A stretch of DNA of 14,727 nucleotides. Source: Promethearchaeia archaeon (lineage in GTDB: Archaea; Asgardarchaeota; Lokiarchaeia; Sigyniarchaeales; SOKP01). Below are positions 1-8,884 of the stretch, piece after piece. How positions within the stretch are numbered: the first letter of the stretch is position 1; each line of letters starts with the position of its first letter. Made by a program: the position numbers and the translations under genes. Below the pieces are notes generated by a model. That model made no database searches and was not told where the DNA came from. It saw only the letters and a program-made list of their open reading frames with translations. Location: positions 1 through 14,727 of the forward strand of contig JAHQWH010000218.1 in assembly GCA_029856105.1 (NCBI GenBank), in the 5' to 3' direction.

Positions 1-2414
1 AAAGTAGGATTTAATTTCACTCCATTTCGCGTGAAATTTATACCAATTAAGCGAGTTATGTCGTATAATGGCCATGCGTGAGGATGTAAATTAAAGACCG
101 GAAAATCAGTCCAAGAAGTTGCCATATGCCCTAGAAATTCCTCTACATCAGAATCATCCTGTTTACCAGTAAGTAAAGCTTCGTTAAAAACAGTTTGACC
201 GGGATACTTAGATAAATCCGAGTTATAAGTATCTGGACCGCTCCAAATCCCATACCATACATCGGGATAACTCTCAGCATGATAAGCGAGCGAATTCTTT
301 TTCCATTCGTCCCATCCCATATCTCCATTTACTAAAGAGAGCGCCCAAATTAATGTACCATTTATTGAGGGCCAAATACCCGCATTTACTCCTTGTCCTT
401 TACCTCTTATACTATCAATACCTTTGCTATGAAGCCTAGCGCCAATTTTTGAAGGTTTACGAACTAATTCATCGATAAATTGAACTAAAATCTCCTTTTG
501 ATCGCGATCTAAAGCATTTCCTATGATAGCCCAAGGTTGAGGTTCTAACCAAATTTGATCTTCACCAACCCATCCCAAATCTTCTGTAAGCCATGCACGC
601 CTAAACCATTTCCCAGTCCATTGAGCTTTAACTGCTTCTCGTTGAGATTGAGAATATTTAAGTGCTTCATTCGCTAAATCGCATTCACCTACGAATTCCA
701 ACATTTCTGAGTATATTTCAAGCGTGTATATAGCCATTGCGGCGTTTAAAACGCTTTCTGCTTCTTTTTGAATTTCTTTATGTTTTTCAGGAGGTATATG
801 GCCAAGAACAACTCCATCGTTCCAATCGCCGTTAGATAATCGCTGAAGACCGTGGCGTCCTGTCCCAGTTTTTTTAACTAAATGACGAAAACAGCGTGCT
901 ATTACATCTCGAACTTTAACACTTTCTGCTCTAGATCCATAAACAGGATATCTGGAAACTTCTTCATCAAGAAATTCAACATCACGAGTTCCAAGAACAT
1001 ATTCGCTTATTAACCATAGTAACCACATTTCTTGATCGCTAGGCTTAAATTGGACTGGTAATATTTTTCCACTTCCTGTAATTCCATAGGGTATCTCACC
1101 ACTTTTACGAGTTGTTTTTAAGGTATACCTTATTACATTTTTTACTATATTCGGGTCGCTGTAAATAAACGGAAGTGCGTGTTGTAAGGGATCACGGGCG
1201 GCTCCTTGGAAACCAATGATATACTGATATACATGACCCTGAGAAAGAATATGCTCTTTAAAATAGCTATCATAAGTCATAGCACCTCTTAAATAATAAT
1301 AATGCCAAAAAATTTCGCGATTAACCCATGACTCATCTTTAATTTGTAATTCGATTCTATTATTTTTCCATTGTTCACATGATTTTTCAAATAATTTAGT
1401 TAAATTATTTTTATAATTATTAAATAAGGAGGCTATATCGTAGCCATCAGGAATATACCCATATAAAAAAGATAATGTTTGACTTTCTCCTGGCTCTAAG
1501 TGTATATTCTGCTCTAGAAACATAGCGCTTTCGATGCCCGTAGAACTGAGATCGTTGTTCAACTGATTTTTAAGACCATCTGGAGCTTTGACACCACCAC
1601 GACCAAAGAATTGTTCACTATTGGTACTTAATGCGCTTGCTTTAGAATCTAAAGAGATTAAGAAAGTTGATGGAGGAAATCTATCTTCAAATGCAGGTTT
1701 AAGATTAGCAGGGTCGTATACCTCTTTATGATTTTCCAAAAACTTTTTTTCTAGAAGTCCTGCGCCATTATTGATTACACTAAACTCGTGTTTAAATTTA
1801 TTACTGAGTTCATGACGAACCTCTCTCGGGCGTTTACCAGGTTTTTCTGAAAGTAGTGACGCAAATGCAGACGATGAAAATTGATACATATAACAACCCC
1901 AGTACTCAATCCAGCGTAGATCTTTGGGCATATCTCGATTATTTGTTATTGTAATTTGAGAAATTAAAATAGGGTCATCACCAAAAGGCGCAAAAATGAT
2001 TTGGTTAACATTATAACCGTGCCCTATTACTTTTTTTTGTAAGTATCCAATTCCAAATATCCTTTCGAAGGAATCTGCGTTACCCGGATGATATGTACTT
2101 AAAAAGTTATCTCCATCAGTAAGGTATCCAAAACCTCCAGCATATTGCCCTTGCTTGGGATCAAACTCATTTAAATATTTAGGACCTCCCTCGTCTTGTC
2201 TTACTTGGATATAACCGTAATTTGATGCAACAGCTACCAATCTATCGTTGCCAACTTGATGAAGGTGTTCTGTTTTTGAACGCCACTCTTCATTCATCGG
2301 TGTTATTGCTTTTGGATCGTTTATTTGGTCGCAAGTATAACGATATGCGGGTAATCCAAACTCGTCTTCAATCCATTCTCCAAAATAACCAGAACCAAAC
2401 TCTTTTTCATTCAT
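1..2414 (-). CDS. GH94-like glycoside phosphorylase / (alpha/alpha)6 glycosidase-like protein; 3' end truncated by window edge (>=804 codons)
   Basis: Manual translation from ATG at 2414 (MNEKEFGSGYFGEWIEDEFGLPAYRY...) stays open to position 1 (...GVKLNPT). It is missing from the ORF track because there is no stop in the window. GH94-like motifs occur in the expected order: GFQGAARDPLQH (~1195), PSDQEMWL (~1035), GDWNDG (830-813), ESVLNA, WLEPQPWAII. Confidence 0.85.
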   Translation of the reverse strand, partial: MNEKEFGSGYFGEWIEDEFGLPAYRYTCDQINDPKAITPMNEEWRSKTEHLHQVGNDRLVAVASNYGYIQVRQDEGGPKYLNEFDPKQGQYAGGFGYLTDGDNFLSTYHPGNADSFERIFGIGYLQKKVIGHGYNVNQIIFAPFGDDPILISQITITNNRDMPKDLRWIEYWGCYMYQFSSSAFASLLSEKPGKRPREVRHELSNKFKHEFSVINNGAGLLEKKFLENHKEVYDPANLKPAFEDRFPPSTFLISLDSKASALSTNSEQFFGRGGVKAPDGLKNQLNNDLSSTGIESAMFLEQNIHLEPGESQTLSFLYGYIPDGYDIASLFNNYKNNLTKLFEKSCEQWKNNRIELQIKDESWVNREIFWHYYYLRGAMTYDSYFKEHILSQGHVYQYIIGFQGAARDPLQHALPFIYSDPNIVKNVIRYTLKTTRKSGEIPYGITGSGKILPVQFKPSDQEMWLLWLISEYVLGTRDVEFLDEEVSRYPVYGSRAESVKVRDVIARCFRHLVKKTGTGRHGLQRLSNGDWNDGVVLGHIPPEKHKEIQKEAESVLNAAMAIYTLEIYSEMLEFVGECDLANEALKYSQSQREAVKAQWTGKWFRRAWLTEDLGWVGEDQIWLEPQPWAIIGNALDRDQKEILVQFIDELVRKPSKIGARLHSKGIDSIRGKGQGVNAGIWPSINGTLIWALSLVNGDMGWDEWKKNSLAYHAESYPDVWYGIWSGPDTYNSDLSKYPGQTVFNEALLTGKQDDSDVEEFLGHMATSWTDFPVFNLHPHAWPLYDITRLIGINFTRNGVKLNPT

Positions 2415-2553
2415 CTTATTAATCTTTCCTAATTCAAATATCCCTATTTTAGAGAAATTAATTAGAATTTAATAGTTTTAAGGAAATTATTTTAAAACTT
2501 TTTGCAAGAAGAGTCTTACATAATAAATCAATATTAAACCGTCAATTCTTAAA

Positions 2554-4134
2554 TTAATAGCCACAATCTCTCATAACGGGGTTACTTAGATTGTTAGTTT
2601 TCTTAAACAATTTTAAAAGAAGATCAAGTTTAATGTCTTTAAGAGTCTTATCGTTCCACAAATTATTTTTTTCATCTATATCATTCTTTAAATTATATAA
2701 TTCTCCATGGTCACTAAAAACTGTGATTCTCCATTCGTCTGTAATTAATGTTCTCGTTCTTTCATGATTGTGGTCATCATTCATTTCAATAAGTATGTCA
2801 TCATTAACTTTTTCCTTAGCATTATTTAATATTGGAATTAAACTTTTTCCTTGCATAAAATCTGGGATTGGGATTCTAGCTAATTCCAAGATTGTCTCAG
2901 GAATGTCAATTGAACTAGCTAACGAATTACATTCTTCGTTTGTTAAACCGTTAGGAACTTTTATTATAAAGGGAATTTTGATTAACCCTTGATATAAGAA
3001 TGGTCCTTTAAAGAAGAATCTATGGTCTCCACCTAAATCGCCATGATCTGTTGTATATATAACAACTGTATTTTCTGCTAAGTCGAATTTATTTAAAGCA
3101 TCTAAAATCTCCCCTACGGCATCATCTACCATTTTTTCCATTCCATAGGACGCAGCAATTACACGTTTAGCCTCTTCTTCTGTTAAATCTTTTGGTATTG
3201 GAAAGATCCTTTTTGCAGTTCCTTCACTTAATAGAAGAGTATTGTAATGTTTTCTATTAAATTCTGAACTATTTTTATGGTCATCGTTAAATGTTTTAGG
3301 TAATATTACATCTTCTGGCTTATACATATCGAAATATTTTCCAGGTGGCGCGAAAGGATGATGAGGGTCGGGAAATGAGCAAAAAGCGAGAAAATTCTCT
3401 TTGGAACAAGACCCATTGGAAAATCTTTCTAAGAATTCGATTGTGTTTTCTTTAACAAATGTTGTAGAATAAAGTTCCTGAGGGATTTTATGTTTTAACA
3501 CTTGTAATTTCACCAAGGGATCAGAAGTGTTAAAACAGATATTAAGTTTTGTTTGAATTAAATTATCCGGATTACTCAACTTAATCCTGAGCGGTTTTCC
3601 TAACGAGGGATTGTTTTCTATTTTTTTCTTTACCCAATTTATGTAATCAGGGTGGCCACATAGCGGTCCGTGCCCTGAAACTATTTTAACATCCTCCAAC
3701 CCAAAATAAGGTGAGTAGTTAGTTAATTTAGGATAATCTCTATGTGTGGCAAATTCTTGACTTTCAACAACGCTTCTGAATTGACCAGAAGGAGCGCCAA
3801 AATAATTCAGATGTATTTTTCCAAAACTTGCTGTATAGTAATTTCCAGATTCAAGTAGAATATCAACAAAGGTATTTGTACCTTGAGGTAAATTGCGTCC
3901 ATTTGTTGTGACACCATGCACTGAGGGATATTGCCCCGTATATATCGTGCTTCGATTAGGCATGCAGATTGGGTTATTACAATAGAAGTTAGTGAATTTA
4001 ACGCCCTCTTTAGCGATGCGGTCGATATTTGGTGTTTTTAAAACCATCTTATTATTATAACAACTTAAGTGATCAAATCGCTGTTGGTCGGTTATAATAA
4101 ATAAAAAGTTTAATCTTTTTTTAATTTCTATCAC
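2554..4134 (-). CDS. Formylglycine-dependent (Cys-type, S1) sulfatase
   Basis: N-terminal FIITDQQR, signature CMPNR (CxPxR, 3966-3952) followed by STIYTGQY, plus GKIH, DPHHPF, TTDHGD and FKG motifs. GTG start. Confidence 0.95.
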   Translation of the reverse strand: MIEIKKRLNFLFIITDQQRFDHLSCYNNKMVLKTPNIDRIAKEGVKFTNFYCNNPICMPNRSTIYTGQYPSVHGVTTNGRNLPQGTNTFVDILLESGNYYTASFGKIHLNYFGAPSGQFRSVVESQEFATHRDYPKLTNYSPYFGLEDVKIVSGHGPLCGHPDYINWVKKKIENNPSLGKPLRIKLSNPDNLIQTKLNICFNTSDPLVKLQVLKHKIPQELYSTTFVKENTIEFLERFSNGSCSKENFLAFCSFPDPHHPFAPPGKYFDMYKPEDVILPKTFNDDHKNSSEFNRKHYNTLLLSEGTAKRIFPIPKDLTEEEAKRVIAASYGMEKMVDDAVGEILDALNKFDLAENTVVIYTTDHGDLGGDHRFFFKGPFLYQGLIKIPFIIKVPNGLTNEECNSLASSIDIPETILELARIPIPDFMQGKSLIPILNNAKEKVNDDILIEMNDDHNHERTRTLITDEWRITVFSDHGELYNLKNDIDEKNNLWNDKTLKDIKLDLLLKLFKKTNNLSNPVMRDCGY

Positions 4135-4236
4135 TAATTTTAATTTTTAATAAGTCTAGGAAGAATTAATTAATATATAGCTAGAAATCAAAAAAAACCT
4201 TTTTAAAGTTTAACATTAAAGTTATATTAAAAAAAA
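4135..4236. promoter_or_regulatory. Divergent promoter region between sulfatase and transporter genes
   Basis: 102 bp gap between head-to-head starts. TTTTTAAA at about 4200-4207 lies ~30 bp upstream of ATG 4237, consistent with an archaeal TATA box, but the AT-rich background weakens this. Confidence 0.4.
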
Positions 4237-5631
4237 ATGTTAAAAAAAAAAATGTCGATTAATAGATTACCTAAAAAACAAGTTTCGGGTTACGTTGTGG
4301 GGATGATTCCATTAACGATTATCCTTGGTGTGTTCCGATTAGGCTACATAAAATTCTTTTACGATTCATTAGGCTTAAATGAGGTTCTTTTTATTATTGG
4401 AATGGCAATATTCATGATTATAAACATGTTAAATGATCCTCTCATTGGTCAATGGCAAGATAATACTGATGTGAAGAAATGGGGTAGCCGAAGAATCGTA
4501 TATATAAAATACTTCAGTCCGTTTTTGGTGATAGCTTTTGCTCTCATGTGGTTCCCATGGAGTACAGACGCAGCTACACCTATGGGACAATTTGTAATGT
4601 TTCTGCATTTTTTGATAAGCATAAGCATTTTTGATACGTTCTCTAATATCGTAACAATGGCCTGGATGGCACTACTTCCCGATATGACGAGTGATCTCGG
4701 AGAGCGTACTAGAATTAACTTTATAGGTGGCATCCTCGGACTATTTGCAAGCTTTGTCGTGATTACCGTTCCTACGATGGTTGATAACCGTGAATTTTTT
4801 CAAATATTCAACATCACCGTTGCTGTGATTAGTTACATCTGTTATGTAATTGTGGTAAAACTTTCAAAAGAACGCCCTGAGCATCAACACGACCGAAGCC
4901 CTCCTTTATGGACGGCAATAAAACAAACGATGAAATCTAAATCCTTCATGATGTTTGTTGGATTTAATTTTTTCAAGACGCTCATTGGTGCAATACAACT
5001 CTCGTATGTCTTTCTATTTTTAATACTGATCGGTCCTGAAAATGTTGGATTATACTTTTTAATCGTAATAATAGTTGGTTGGAGCTCAAATATTCTTTGT
5101 ATGAAACTGAGAAAGAAACATGGGTTTAAAAAGCTGCTACTTCGGTTCACAACTATTCAATTCATAGGGGGTTTTATTCTGTTCTTCTTGGTTTTAATTC
5201 CTTCAATCTCAATTCCCGCGATGTGGATAGGCCTTGCATTCTCGGCATTCTTTGGTGGTGCGAGTGTATTTGGAGTTATAATGCAGACGCTACCTATTGA
5301 CGAGGATGAAGTAAAATATGGATCTCGGCGAGAAGGGATGTTTTATGGTATTAACGCCTTGTTCACTAAACCAACTGAGAGTATTGGCCCTATCATCGTG
5401 ACTATTGTACTTGTGTTAACGGGATATGTACAAAACTCTCCCGTTCAAACAGATTCGGCGATGTTTGGAATTATATTTGTATTTTATTTCATCGTCAACA
5501 TATTTGTGGCTTTAAGTTTGATTTTTGTCTACTTCTACCCATTAGAAGGAGAGAAATTAGAACGTCTTGAAGAAGAACTCAAGGAACTTCATCAAAAAAA
5601 GAGAGAACAACTAAATATTAAAACTAATTAA
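4237..5631 (+). CDS. MFS transporter, glycoside-pentoside-hexuronide (MelB/GPH-like) family
   Basis: About 12 hydrophobic segments, with GPH-family motifs NDPLIGQWQD, KWGSRR, ALLPDMT...ER and RREGMFYG. Alternative ATG at 4252. Confidence 0.92.
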   Translation: MLKKKMSINRLPKKQVSGYVVGMIPLTIILGVFRLGYIKFFYDSLGLNEVLFIIGMAIFMIINMLNDPLIGQWQDNTDVKKWGSRRIVYIKYFSPFLVIAFALMWFPWSTDAATPMGQFVMFLHFLISISIFDTFSNIVTMAWMALLPDMTSDLGERTRINFIGGILGLFASFVVITVPTMVDNREFFQIFNITVAVISYICYVIVVKLSKERPEHQHDRSPPLWTAIKQTMKSKSFMMFVGFNFFKTLIGAIQLSYVFLFLILIGPENVGLYFLIVIIVGWSSNILCMKLRKKHGFKKLLLRFTTIQFIGGFILFFLVLIPSISIPAMWIGLAFSAFFGGASVFGVIMQTLPIDEDEVKYGSRREGMFYGINALFTKPTESIGPIIVTIVLVLTGYVQNSPVQTDSAMFGIIFVFYFIVNIFVALSLIFVYFYPLEGEKLERLEEELKELHQKKREQLNIKTN

Positions 5632-5720
5632 AATGTTTTTACTTCTTATTTTTTTTCATTCAAATAAAACTTTTTAATGACTAAAGGTGATTTAGAAGGG
5701 ATTTCTCTTCAAATTAAAAT

Positions 5721-6650
5721 TTATTTTACTTTTTTATACATTGGATAAAAAATAGGTGAGATGTAAGCTCCAATTACCTTTGAATAAAATTTTATAGTAT
5801 CGCCACCCACCCACATGATTTCACATTTGTCTAAACCGGACTTTTTTATGTCCCATAGACACCAAAAGAATAGTTGGGTTCCAATACTTTTTCCACGCAA
5901 TGATTCTAAGACGCCAGTTGGGCCAAACGAGCCGGGATAAAATTGACTATGGGTAGAAAAACCTACTATTTCATTCTTAATGTTTTTCGCTATAAAAGTC
6001 GTTGGAGGATCGATATTAAATGATAACTGAACTTCTTCAGCCCAAGTACCGTGTGGAAATTGTTTTTTCACGAACTTAAAAGTATTATTAAAATCTTTAG
6101 GCTGGACTCGCTCATATTTATACCCGTTTTTTTCCAAGACTGGTTTATCCTTAACTTCAGTTAAAGACGCAGTAAGATTGAATATCGGCCTATGAGATTT
6201 AAAACCGTGCTTTTTTAGAAAGAAAAACAAACTAGTATGGCGTACATCGACACCAGGTTGCCAATAATTAGGAACGCTCGCACCGTAAAAGATTTCTGAT
6301 ATGTTTTTTTCTTTAGCTCGCTTTAAAATTTCGGTAATGATTATAGAACCAATACCCTGACGACGATAAGCGCTATCAACTACGCAACCTTTAAGAAAAC
6401 ACTGACCTATTTTGAGATTTTTTCTAGTTACCGTAATAAAAGCGGCTATGGGCTGATTCGTTTCTGAATTAAATAAAAAAAGCGATAAGTCTTGCTCAAA
6501 ACCATCATCTTCTAAAATACCTCTCTGAAAATAGTCAAAAGGAAGCGAAAAGAAGTCCGGGTTGTTTTCAAATAACTGGTATATGCTTTTTATATTTTCT
6601 GGAACTAGTTGTCTATAATCAAATTTATCAAAGGTTCCTTTATAGTTCAT
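5721..6650 (-). CDS. Tandem GNAT N-acetyltransferase (resembles amino-sugar acetyltransferases of the GlmA type)
   Basis: Two acetyl-CoA-binding motif-A copies (VDSAYRRQGIGS; VLESLRGKSIG), plus PNYWQPGVD and FGPTGV. The GNAT call is firm; the substrate is an inference. Confidence 0.88.
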   Translation of the reverse strand: MNYKGTFDKFDYRQLVPENIKSIYQLFENNPDFFSLPFDYFQRGILEDDGFEQDLSLFLFNSETNQPIAAFITVTRKNLKIGQCFLKGCVVDSAYRRQGIGSIIITEILKRAKEKNISEIFYGASVPNYWQPGVDVRHTSLFFFLKKHGFKSHRPIFNLTASLTEVKDKPVLEKNGYKYERVQPKDFNNTFKFVKKQFPHGTWAEEVQLSFNIDPPTTFIAKNIKNEIVGFSTHSQFYPGSFGPTGVLESLRGKSIGTQLFFWCLWDIKKSGLDKCEIMWVGGDTIKFYSKVIGAYISPIFYPMYKKVK

Positions 6651-6682
6651 AAAAACACTTTTTTTATAAATTCTATTAATTC

Positions 6683-7393
6683 TTAAAGAAACTTCATTAA
6701 GTCACTTAATGTTCCGCTATAAGTGGGTTCTGGCGTTTCGGAATTTAATTTAGTATTTATACTATGTACTAAGAAGGTCTGCGAGCCTAACTTTGCACAT
6801 ACTAAATCCTTATCTTCGTCACCTACCATAATGCATTCTTTTGCAGAGAGGTTAAGATGTTTAAATATCAATTGATAATACAGTAGATCTGGTTTGCTTG
6901 CACATGAATTTTCATAACTAGTTATCAGTTTGTAAGGAAAATCACCAACTCCGGCCCAATCAAGGCGTTGTTGTATTGATGTTAAGGGGAGCAGAGGGTT
7001 GGTTGCAATTACTACTTCGTAACCCCCATCAAATGCGGTTTTTACTACCTTACGCGCTTCTGGTTTCTTTTTAGTAAATTTGCGTAATTTTACAAAATCA
7101 TCTTTATAGAACTTCGTAAAATATGGATCGATCTCTTCTTTGCTATAACCATTAAGCGGGAAGAAAATATTGGAAAAGGCCTCTTCGTTCGTAATCTTTC
7201 CACTATGATTTGATAGTGCCTTTGACGCTTTTAAAAGAATAGGAATAAATTTATTAGGGGAGATTATGTGAGCGATACTGTTTGCTAATAACTTAAAATA
7301 TTCGGGAATAAAAAGTTTCAAATCGATCTCTAATAGGGTCCCATCTAAATCGAAAAGAATCGCTTTAATGTTGCTATCTTTAAGCCGTTTCAT
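6683..7393 (-). CDS. HAD-superfamily hydrolase (subfamily I phosphatase)
   Basis: Motif I FDLDGTL, motif II ATN, motif III KPD, motif IV MVGDEDKD. ATG at 7393 preferred over TTG at 7411. Lies 32 bp upstream of the GNAT gene on the same strand. Confidence 0.93.
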   Translation of the reverse strand: MKRLKDSNIKAILFDLDGTLLEIDLKLFIPEYFKLLANSIAHIISPNKFIPILLKASKALSNHSGKITNEEAFSNIFFPLNGYSKEEIDPYFTKFYKDDFVKLRKFTKKKPEARKVVKTAFDGGYEVVIATNPLLPLTSIQQRLDWAGVGDFPYKLITSYENSCASKPDLLYYQLIFKHLNLSAKECIMVGDEDKDLVCAKLGSQTFLVHSINTKLNSETPEPTYSGTLSDLMKFL

Positions 7394-7643
7394 ACTAATA
7401 CAATAAAACAAAATTATAATGTCAATTATAATTTGTTATTTGTCCTTTTTGAACAAAGCTAGAAAAAAAGATTTAAATTATTAGAAGTAAATGGATGTAG
7501 TTTGATAGAATTAGGTTAAATTAAATGATTTTATGAGTACTATTTCCACATTCACAAATTATTTAGTTAAAAAAATATTAAATGAATCCATTAATTAATA
7601 TTAATATAGAAATTTTCATTATCCCTTTTTGCTCGTCAAAATT

Positions 7644-8849
7644 ATGAAATTAGAGCTTAGTCTAAATAACGGTTATGTGTACTTAGGTGAAAAAATTAAC
7701 ATAAGATCTAAATTCAATTTCGATGAAGATTCGTCAATTTTATGGTCTGGAATTCGTTTATTAACTTATCCCCCTTGCCTAAAAGAACTTCAAATTACCA
7801 AAGAGGAAATATTTACGAAAGGGTTTTTTGAAGCGGGCGAATACATTAGAGATAAAGCAATACTGATTAAAAACAATGTTGTCCCTACGATAAAAAACAG
7901 GAATTTGGAATATGAACTTAAACTAATATTAAGACAACCTCATCCAATTAACCCCGATGATGATTTAGTAATTAATAAAACTCAAAAGGTTCAAATTAGG
8001 GAAAAGCAATCAAATATTCCGACAAAAAAGACTAATCCTCTTTCTATTTCAATTTCCGGCTTGAGTATTAATTTGTCTAAAGATGTCTTTAAACCTGGAG
8101 AAACAATTAAAATAAATTTTTCTTCTGAGGAACTTAAACAAGTTGAAATCAGGTTATTACAAAAAGCAAATCTCGTTTGTTATTGCGATGCTTACGGGCA
8201 AAATTGTAGCAAAGTGGAAGAATTACCGCCTGCTATTGCCGGAGATTCGAGAACTACTGATATGGATAAGAAATTTTTGCTATTAAAAGTCCCTGAGATA
8301 GCTCAACCAAGCCATAATTATTTATGGGAACCACACGAAAAAGAGTTTTGGGGTTTTAAATACGGTTCTTACGTAAAATGGTCATTGCTGTTTATTGGAA
8401 AGCCTAAATCAGAGTACGGTAAAGAGCCAATAAAATTCGATGTACCAATCACGATTATTGCGAAACCAGCTGACAATCAAAAATTAGACGTTGATTTATT
8501 CTCGGAAACAACTTCAGGGGCACCTTCGATCTTCGATAAAGTCTCATCTAAATTCCAGAAAATATTCAAAATTGTTTCAATAGATTCTGATATAGAAAAA
8601 TATGTTATAAAAATAAAGAACACCTCAAAAGAAACGCTAAAAGGTGTATCAGTAAAGGTTACTGGACTTCAAGAAGGATTGTTTGAAACAGCTCCTATTC
8701 TCACAGGTTTTAATAGTTGGGGTGTAAACGAAGAAAAAGAGATAGTGTACGAGAGCAAGCAAAATATTACTGCTTTAATTTCTGTTTTGGAAGATAACGC
8801 CCGAAAATCTATAAGAATTCAAACACCTGTGGGATCCGATTTCTTTTAA
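7644..8849 (+). CDS. Arrestin/Vps26/SpoOM-fold protein (two beta-sandwiches) with an extra C-terminal Ig-like domain
   Basis: Two repeats of the arrestin pattern: YVYLGEKINI...AGEY...VVPT...LEYELKLIL...VQI and LSKDVFKPGETIKINF...KQVEIRLLQ...LKVPEIAQPS...VKWSL...DVPITII. ATG at 7644 preferred over TTG at 7629. Confidence 0.7.
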   Translation: MKLELSLNNGYVYLGEKINIRSKFNFDEDSSILWSGIRLLTYPPCLKELQITKEEIFTKGFFEAGEYIRDKAILIKNNVVPTIKNRNLEYELKLILRQPHPINPDDDLVINKTQKVQIREKQSNIPTKKTNPLSISISGLSINLSKDVFKPGETIKINFSSEELKQVEIRLLQKANLVCYCDAYGQNCSKVEELPPAIAGDSRTTDMDKKFLLLKVPEIAQPSHNYLWEPHEKEFWGFKYGSYVKWSLLFIGKPKSEYGKEPIKFDVPITIIAKPADNQKLDVDLFSETTSGAPSIFDKVSSKFQKIFKIVSIDSDIEKYVIKIKNTSKETLKGVSVKVTGLQEGLFETAPILTGFNSWGVNEEKEIVYESKQNITALISVLEDNARKSIRIQTPVGSDFF

Positions 8850-8884
8850 CATAATAATTGCTATATTTTAAAGGGGAATTACTC

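Noticed and set aside
143-328. 61 aa minus-strand ORF in track
   Set aside because: Alternative frame inside the large GH94-like gene; no motifs.
2222-2422. 66 aa plus-strand ORF
   Set aside because: Antisense to the 5' end of the GH94-like gene.
2768-2992. 74 aa plus-strand ORF
   Set aside because: Antisense shadow of the sulfatase.
4449-5150. Two minus-strand ORFs (94 aa, 88 aa)
   Set aside because: Antisense shadows within the MFS transporter gene.
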